Positions 52,957 to 64,000 of a DNA stretch of 64,000 bases are shown here, piece by piece. Position numbers and translations under genes: made by a program. The stretch is from NCBI GenBank assembly GCA_964016885.1, contig OZ024746.1, positions 38,750,001-38,814,000 of the forward strand. Reading direction: 5' to 3'. The notes under the pieces are model-generated. The model saw only the letters and a program-made list of their open reading frames with translations. It was not told the DNA's origin and did no database searches. Position 1 is the stretch's first letter. Every line of letters starts with the position of its first letter. The stretch comes from Eledone cirrhosa. Its lineage: Eukaryota.

Positions 52957-55900
52957 CTTATCGAGCCCTCTTTGGATTTTAGTCTTCTAATTTATTATTA
53001 TTACTATATATATATTTATATATAGTAATAATAATAAATTTGAAGACTAAAATCCAAAGAGGGCTCGATAAGTATAAATATATATCAAATATATAAGAAC
53101 CGTAGAGCACATATATATTAAAATAACAGATTAAAGTTTAAGCAAAGAATCGCTGCTTTCACCCTTAAATGGATCTTCTGAAACTAAAAAGTCAATCTGT
53201 GAACGCAGAAGTAAATATTTCAAAAAACGTTGCAACCGGAAGAAGACAGGAAGACCATACTTTGGTTCGTGGAAACGTTCCCTGGTAAAGAACGGGAAAA
53301 AACGAAGATAATACGTGATATTTTGGAGCGGTGGAAATCAATTACACGTAAAGACAAAACCACGTTTATGGTATAAAAAAAGTCGTAGACTAATATTCTA
53401 TTAGATGGTTCATGGAGACGTTCTCTGGCGATGAACGGAAAAAACGAAGATAATACGTCATTATGTGGAGCGTGGAGAACAATTGCACGCAAAGACAAAA
53501 CCACGTAAATAACGAAAGCTTCAGAGTTAAGAATAAAGTAAATAAAATACAGAGGTAATTGAAATTAAATAAATACATACACGCATCCATACGTACATAC
53601 ACAAGCATACGCGAAAACACTCGCCATAGGTATACAAATACAAGCACGTACACAAACAACCCGCACGCACATACAAAATCCACGTGACGCCTGTACCCGC
53701 ACACATACGAAAGTATACACCAAGTACACATAAAAATATATATTTTAAAAATGTGTGTGCGTGTGCGTGCGCGTGTGTGTGTGTGTGTGTGTGCGAATAC
53801 ATATAATTAAATAAACGTATATAAATAAATAAATACGTATATAACGCGCGCGCACACATACCTACATGTAAATACACATATGTTCGGAGACTTACGTCAA
53901 CCAAAACACAAAGTACACATATACACACACCCTACATACGTACGAACCCGCATACTCACACAGAACCAAAACTCGCGTATACACATAACCAAATGCATAT
54001 GTACCAGAATATATAATATATACGCCATAACATATACAATCAAATATACGTACGAGAAAGTATACGTACCTTCACAAAACATACAGGTAATATATACTTA
54101 CCTATACAAATAAGTAATGGTATAAACATAACATATACTTAGCTACCACATCAAGACGTAAAATATCCGCGTATAGTTTGTACTATCCGTTAGGGTATAA
54201 TGTGGGGCTGTAATACAGGAAAGTTTTGTGCAATTTATGTTTACAGGCCGAAATTGCCTCAGATTTTTTGTTTAAGATGTGGTCTTTGGCGTAGAGTATT
54301 TCCAGGGCCTCAGCAGCGCAGAGCTCACATGGTCTTTTATTTCTGTTATACGATCTAGCCCCAGCTAGGATCTCCCAGTGTAAATTATATTGGGTGTGGT
54401 TGTCTTTCAGACTCCAGATATAAGCTAAAAGTGACGTCATATTCTTTCTTAAAGGGTTAAGAAAAGATTGGGTATGCATGTAAAGACGCTACTTGAATCT
54501 ATTGGCGGTTAACCCTATCTAGGCCTTACGGGACGGGGTGTTTCAACGTTACATTTGTAGAAAATGTTACTAGAGAGGCATTTCCTGGATAGGGGGCAGT
54601 CAACCCGATTCCTACAATTACAGTTACGTGTTCCTAGGTAGTTTAGCTAAATTTGAAGCTGTGATGTTATGTGCAAGGTTAGGAGTCGTAGAGTAAGAAA
54701 CTTTAATAGTATTTCTATAAAAAATGTTACTATATTTATGTGTAGGGGGAAAATGCTTCATAATAAGGGAGAGAAAGATCTTAGCTAATGGTGTATCCAC
54801 CCCTTATTATATGGTGTGTTATGCCATATAATGCGTCGGGATCTATTTTTTTCTAGGTCTATTCTCGTACTCTGTATATGCTACCTTATCGACAAATCCA
54901 CTCCGAGCAAGAACTTCATTGTAATATGTGGAATGGTCGTTGAAAATATGCTCGTTAGTAGATAGACGAGAAAGCTCAAAGAAACGTTTCTTACCAGGTT
55001 TTTGGTTATGCTAGCAGGATGGTTATAATGCTTACTTGTGTAATTAAGCGTATCATTCGGTTTTCTATACGGGTAGTGCAAGCCGTTCGACAAATTGAGG
55101 GTAACGTCGAGGTAATTAACGACCGAGAGGTTGGCCTCAACCTGTATGGAGAGGTTGAAGCCTTTAAAGAAGGCTGTGAGTTCTTTTCTGAACCTGTCGC
55201 AAGCACGTGGGCCGCACTTTGTTATGGTCAAAAGACCATCATCACGGTACAAACCACCGCTCACGTTGGGGAATTCTTCCTTGATAGAGAAAAGAAGGAA
55301 AAGGCCGATAAGATCAGTAATCTCCACAGAATCGCTGGCCCCCCATACTCACGTCGAATGAGGTACTATTAGATTTTTTAATCCAAATAGAGTCGTCGAA
55401 ATTAATCACCGACTTACGGGCATTGAGGATGACATCAACTTCGAAATCCTTAACCACTGAGTGTTTTAGCGAAATTGATAGCTCTAAGGAAAAGTGGTAA
55501 GGTGATGGAAGAGTAGTAATTATTGATGTCGAATTGGATAAAACGGCAATCTTCCTTGTTTCATATGCCGTTGAACCAATCAATCACCGCGAAAGAATTG
55601 TTCCACAGTGCAAGAGGGGCCAAACTTCTAATTTCAGGTATAATTCTATCTAAAATCCTTTTACTAAGTCTACCTAAATCGGACTTCGTAGGGTTAATAA
55701 GCCGAATAGAGGGGTTGTTCGGGAAATTGGATTTGTGAACCTTCAGGGTAAAGTGGGGAGAAATAGAGTCCAGAGGTTCAGGCCGGTCCAGGATGTTGAG
55801 ATCAGAGGTGATTTTAAACCCAACATCGTTGATTTCATTAATGACGCTCCGATTAGTTTTACGATAATCTTTAGTTACAGCATTATGTAGCAGTTGATGG

Positions 55901-56233
55901 TAAGTACTGCACTCCACTTGATATAGATTGCAAGTTTTGTCGGAATTGACGTGCACGGCATTAGAATCCTTAATATAACGAATTCTATTCTTCAGGTCCT
56001 GCTGGAAGGAATTGCTCCTATTCCTAAAATTGATACTCCGTATGAATTCCAAGACATAATTTTCGAAGTGTAGCAATGCTGGGTTACTCGGAGGGTTATT
56101 ATAGGTTTTAAATACAAATTTATCCTCTTTATGGTCTGCTTCACCCTGATTATCGAAATAAAAGGCACGCCAACCTTTTAATGAACGCGTCTGTTTTCTG
56201 TATCAGGAGTTTTAGGTATGTTTTCCTGCTTGG
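52957..56233 (-). mobile_element. Near full-length decayed Penelope-like element, Hydra-clade-like (RT + C-terminal GIY-YIG)
   Basis: SDKT, RLINPTKSDLG, FIQFDI, LYRDDGL, NYLDVTLNL, CNCR..CPL...C linker, YIWSLK..CELC..LNKKSE..CKH. Frameshifts and stops. ~1.1 kb 3' UTR ending in a fold-back. Confidence 0.9.
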
Positions 56234-56279
56234 ATATATATATATATATATACATACATACACACATATAGATATATAT

Positions 56280-56557
56280 ATCATCATCATTTTACGTCCG
56301 CTTTCCCCTGCTTGCAAGAGTGGGACGGGAACTGATTCAGGCTTGATTTCTACAGCTGGATAACCTTCCTAACACCAACCTCATTTACAGTGAGTGCTGG
56401 GTGCTTTTTTGCCGTGGCACCTACATGACCAGTTTGCAGTGGAATGATATGGACCCCACTCCCTATCATCTCATTTCTACAGATGAGTAAACTGGAGCAA
56501 TATGAAATAAAGTGTCTTGCTCAAGGAAACAATACATCACCCGGTCTGAGAATTGAA
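56280..56557 (-). mobile_element. SINE family A, head lost at the satellite boundary
   Basis: Matches 4690-4956. Confidence 0.85.
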
Positions 56558-57062
56558 TATATATATACACATACATATATATACAGACATATATATACAC
56601 ATATGTATATATATATATACACACACATATATATATATATACACACACATATATATATACACACACACATGTATATACACATATATATATACACACACAT
56701 GTATATACACATATATATATACACACATATATATATACACACACATATATATATACACACACACATATATATATACACATATATATATACACACACACAT
56801 ATATATATACACATATATATATACACACACACATATATATACACACATATATATATATACACATATATATATATATATACACATATATATATATATATAC
56901 ACATATATATATATACACATATATATATATATATACACATATATATATATACACATATATATATATACACATATATATATATACACATATATATATACAC
57001 ACATATATATATACACACATATATATATACACACATATATATACACACATATATATATACAC

Positions 57063-57095
<33 letters not shown>

Positions 57096-57178
57096 TATAT
57101 ACACATATATATATATATACACATATATATATACACATTATATATATATATATATACACATTATATATATATACACAC

Positions 57179-57224
<46 letters not shown>

Positions 57225-57920
57225 GGTGGCTGCCAACTCGTTTTCGAGTACGGCCACTACTTTATATCCATGTTGGAGAACTCCTACCGATGCGCTGAAC
57301 GAATGTGACTTTAGTCCAGCCAGCGACTTGAAAACTCTGGTACAAACACTACACTTGTGACAATTATTGACACATAGTGCTTTGCCTTTGGTACCATGTG
57401 ATGACAAGTGCAGAGAGATCTCCAGATATAAAGCAATGCCTGTGCCGTGAAGCTTTTATAGTGAGCAAGGCACTGCACAAAGCCAGTCCCACTCTCTTAA
57501 CCAAGATGATATTTACCAAAAAGAAAAACAAGTCAACATCATTGGATACCATCAGAGTTGCAGGTGTTATATCAGAGTTTTCCTTCTCCTAGAATTCTGC
57601 CTTGACAAAGGCTAAGGGGTCATCTCTCCCGGTGATTTTGGATGGCCATTGACTCTTAAGAGCTCATTTGCCCTCTGACAGGTTTTGTTTTTAGTCCTGC
57701 AGGATGTCCAAAGTCACCCTCCTCACCAAGAAACCTTGGTGGGGTTGCCAGTTTAGTCGCCAACGACCCGACCATGGTACAGGTTGTACTGGAATACATG
57801 TTACCAGTAGCACCAAGTGGTGACCTGACATATATATATATACATATATATATATATACACACATATATATATATACACACATATATATATATACACATA
57901 TATATATATATATATATACG

Positions 57921-57964
<44 letters not shown>

Positions 57965-58311
57965 CACACATATATATATATACACACATATATATATATA
58001 CACACATACATATTTATATACACACACATATATATATATATACACACATATATATATATACACATATATAAATATATATACACACACATATATATATATA
58101 TACACATATATATATATATACACACATATATATATATACACACATATATATATATATATATACACACATATATATATATATACACACACATATATATATA
58201 TATACACACATATATATATATACACATATATAAATATATATACACACACATATATATATATACACACACATATATATATATATACACACATATATATATA
58301 TATATACACAC

Positions 58312-58342
<31 letters not shown>

Positions 58343-58545
58343 TATATATATACACATATATACACACACATATATATATACACATATATATATATACACA
58401 CATATATATATACACACATATATATATATACATATATATATACGCATATATATATATACACACATATATACACATATATATATACATATATATATATACA
58501 CATATATACATATATATATATACACATATATATACACATATATAA

Positions 58546-58600
<55 letters not shown>

Positions 58601-58827
58601 TATATATATATATATACATACACATATATATATATACACACACACATATATATATATACACACACACATATATATATATACACACATATATATATACACA
58701 CACACACATATATATATATACACACATATATATATATATACACATACATATATATACACATACATATATATACACATACATATATATACACATACATATA
58801 TATATATATATATATACACATATATAT

Positions 58828-58868
<41 letters not shown>

Positions 58869-59140
58869 TATATATATACACACATATATATATATATACA
58901 CATATATATATATATACACATATATATATATATATATATACACCTATATATATATATATACACACATATATATATACACACATATATATATATATATATA
59001 CACATATATATATATATACACATATATATATATATATACACATATATATATATATACACATATATATATACATATATATATACACATATATATATACACA
59101 TATATATATACATATATATATACATATATATATACATATC

Positions 59141-59174
<34 letters not shown>

Positions 59175-59555
59175 CACATACACATATATATATATACACA
59201 TACACATATATATATATACACATACACATATATATATATACACACATATATATATATATATATATATACATATATATATACATATATATATATACACATA
59301 TATATATATATACACATAAATATATATACACATATATATATATATACACATATATATATATATATACACATATATATATACACATATATATATATATACA
59401 CACATATATATATATATATACACACATATATATATATACACACACATATATATATATACACACATATATCAATATATACACACATATATATATATATATA
59501 TATATACACATACACATATATATATATATACACATACACACATATATATATATAT

Positions 59556-59650
<95 letters not shown>

Positions 59651-59938
59651 TATATATACACATATACATATATATATACACACATATATATATATATACA
59701 CACATATATATATATACACACATATATATATACACACACATATATATATACATACATATATATATATATACACATATATATATATATACATATATATATA
59801 TACACATATATATATACACATATATATATATACACATATATATATATACACATATATATATATATACACATATATATATATATACACATATATATATATA
59901 CACATATATATATACACATATATATATATATATACACA

Positions 59939-60002
<64 letters not shown>

Positions 60003-60350
60003 TATATATACACACATATATATTACACACATATATATATACACACATATATATATACACACACACATATATATATATATACACATATATATATATATAC
60101 ACATATATATATATATACACACATATATTATACACACACATATATATATATATTATACACATATATATATATATACACATATATATATATATACACACAT
60201 ATATTATACACACACATATATATATATATATACACATATATATATACACATATATATATATATACACACATATATATTATACACACACATATATATATAT
60301 ATATATACACACACACATATATATACACATATATATATATACACATATAT

Positions 60351-60393
<43 letters not shown>

Positions 60394-60480
60394 TATATAT
60401 ATACACACATATATATATATATACACACATATATATATATACACACACATATATATATATACACACATATATCAATATAT

Positions 60481-60521
<41 letters not shown>

Positions 60522-60589
60522 CACATATATATATATACACATACACACATATATATATACATACAAATATATATATATATATATACAAA

Positions 60590-60669
<80 letters not shown>

Positions 60670-61224
60670 TATATATACACATATACATATATATATACAC
60701 ACATATATATATATATACACACATATATATATATACACACATATATATATATACACACATATATATATACACACACATATATATATACATACATATATAT
60801 ATATATACACACATATATATATATATACATATATATATACACATATATATATACACATATATATATACACATATATATATATACACATATATATATATAT
60901 ACACATATATATATATACACATATATATATATATACACATATATATATACACATATATATATATATATACACATATATATATATATATACACATATATAT
61001 ATATATATATATACACATATATATATATACACACATATATATATACACACATATATATACACACATATATATATACACACACACATATATATATATATAT
61101 ATACACATATATATATATATACACATATATATATATATACACACATATATTATACACACACATATATATATATATACACATATATATATACACATATATA
61201 TATATATACACACATATATATCAT

Positions 61225-61275
<51 letters not shown>

Positions 61276-61308
61276 TATATATACACATATATATATATAC
61301 ACATATAT

Positions 61309-61351
<43 letters not shown>

Positions 61352-61403
61352 TATATATATACACACATATATATACACACACATATATATATACACACAT
61401 ATA

Positions 61404-61439
<36 letters not shown>

Positions 61440-61660
61440 CACACATATATATATATATATACACATATATATATATATACACCTATATATATATATACAC
61501 ACATATATATATATATATATACACATATATATATATATATACACCTATATATATATATACACACATATATATATATATATACACATATATATATATATAC
61601 ACATATATATATACATATATATATACACATATATATATACACATACATATATACATACAT

Positions 61661-61693
<33 letters not shown>

Positions 61694-61822
61694 CACATAC
61701 ACATATATATATATACACATACACATATATATATACACATACACATATATATATATATACACATATATATATATATACACATATATATATATATATACAC
61801 ATATATATATATATATATACAC

Positions 61823-61915
<93 letters not shown>

Positions 61916-62595
61916 TATATATATATATACACACATATATATATATAAACATATATATAAATATACACATATATATAAATATACACATATATAGATATAT
62001 ACACATATATATATATATACACATATATATATATACACATATATATATATACGCATATATATATATACACATATATATATATACACATATATATATATAC
62101 ACATATATATATATACACATATATATATATACACATATATATATATATATACACACACATATATATATATACACACATATATATATACACATATATATAT
62201 ACACACATATATATACACATATATATATACACACATATATATATACACATATATATGTACACATATATATATACACACATATATATACACACATATATAT
62301 ATATACACATATATTTATACACACATATATATATACACATATATATGTACACATATATATATATATATACACATATATATGGAAAGTTATATTTAAAATT
62401 GTTGGGTTACAACTAGTAAATATTTATTTATATATATGTGTATATATATATATATACACATATATATATATACACAGATATATATATATACACATATATA
62501 TATATACACATATATATATATACACATATATATATACACATATATATATATACACACATATATATATATACACATATATATACACACATATATAT

Positions 62596-62640
<45 letters not shown>

Positions 62641-62667
62641 TATACATTATACACATACGTATATTAT

Positions 62668-62698
<31 letters not shown>

Positions 62699-63189
62699 CA
62701 GACATATATATACACATACATATATACACACACATATATATACACACACATATATATACACATACATATATACACACACATATATACACACACATATATA
62801 TACATATACATATACACACATATATATATACACATATATATATATATATACACATATATATATACACACATATATATATACACACATATATATATACACA
62901 CATATATATATACACACATATATATATACACACATACATATATATATATATATACACATATATATATACACACATATATATATACACACATACATATATA
63001 TATATACACATATATATATACACACATACATATATATATATACACATATATATATATACACATATATATATACATATATATATACACATATATATATATA
63101 TATACACATATATATACATATATATATATATATACACATATATATATATATATATTTATACACATATACATATATATATATATATACAC

Positions 63190-63220
<31 letters not shown>

Positions 63221-63262
63221 TATATATATACATATACACATATATATATATATACACACACA

Positions 63263-63298
<36 letters not shown>

Positions 63299-63644
63299 CA
63301 CATATATATATATATACACATATATATATATATATACACATATATATATACACACAGATATATATATATATATACACATATATATATATATACACATATA
63401 TATATATATATACACACAGATATATATATATATATACACATATATATATATACACATATATATATATATACACACATATATATATATACACACATATATA
63501 TATATATATACACATATATATATATATATACACACATATACATTATACACACACACATATTATACACACACATATATATATACACACACATATATATACA
63601 CATACATATATATACATATACACATATATATATATATACACACA

Positions 63645-63694
<50 letters not shown>

Positions 63695-63868
63695 CACACA
63701 TATATATATACACATATACATATACACACATATATATATACACACATACACATATATATATATACACATATATATATATACACATACACATATATATATA
63801 TACACATACACATATATATATATACACATATATATATATACATATACACATATATATATATACACACA
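56558..63868. repeat. ~6.7-kb (TA)n/(CA)n satellite with higher-order duplications
   Basis: Direct inspection. Interrupted at 57225-57829 and 62381-62425. Confidence 0.97.
57225..57829 (-). mobile_element. Probable internally deleted non-autonomous RTE element
   Basis: 5'-UTR-like TAGGAGAAGGAAAACTCTG joined to a C2H2-like remnant ([17 protein letters not shown]) and a 3' hairpin (CTCGAAAACGAG). Confidence 0.65.
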
Positions 63869-63926
63869 TTTGTCTGATGAAGGCATAGCATATTGTTAAT
63901 ATGATATCCCCGAAATATATATAATG
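63867..63926 (+). ncRNA. Degenerate minimal hammerhead motif
   Basis: CTGATGA (63874-63880), an imperfect long stem II, then CGAAA-tata-TA. Stem I pairing is poor. Confidence 0.5.
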
Positions 63927-64000
63927 AAATAAATATGGTTTTATAAATATAGTTTTCCATTTATTTAATATTTAATATTGTAAATATACTCCAAATATTT

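Noticed and set aside
55561-55563. In-frame TGA in the Penelope RT as possible selenocysteine
   Set aside because: The position is not evidently a Cys site, the element has other frameshifts and stops, and Sec-encoding Naiads have an N-terminal endonuclease. CpG decay is a simpler explanation.

Overview
AT-rich, repeat-dense eukaryotic DNA. The SINE, RTE and Penelope repertoire and the huge (TA)n/(CA)n tracts suggest a coleoid cephalopod such as Octopus (inference). A minus-strand multi-exon gene for a low-complexity Ser/Pro-rich protein can be built from phase-compatible GT-AG exons (25944-25095, 24481-24100, 21801-21761, 20168-20023, 12641-12545, 6774-6697), with two further candidate alternative terminal exons (19616- and 17957-). 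The rest is mostly mobile DNA: a near full-length decayed RTE LINE with a PHD finger, its partner bipartite SINEs, a second SINE family, a CR1-like fragment, two families of coding Penelope-like elements (one resembling the Hydra clade), a 6.2 kb triplet minisatellite and over 10 kb of polarised TA/CA satellite. The main unannotated signal is about 15 whole, partial or decayed type I hammerhead-ribozyme motifs. They lie in Penelope 3' ends, in short fold-back inserts within (TA)n, and in a 320-bp non-coding retrozyme-like unit (36661-37100). The long YI/CV/MV/PLPS ORFs are repeat artefacts. All RNA folds were assigned by eye; no activity is shown.
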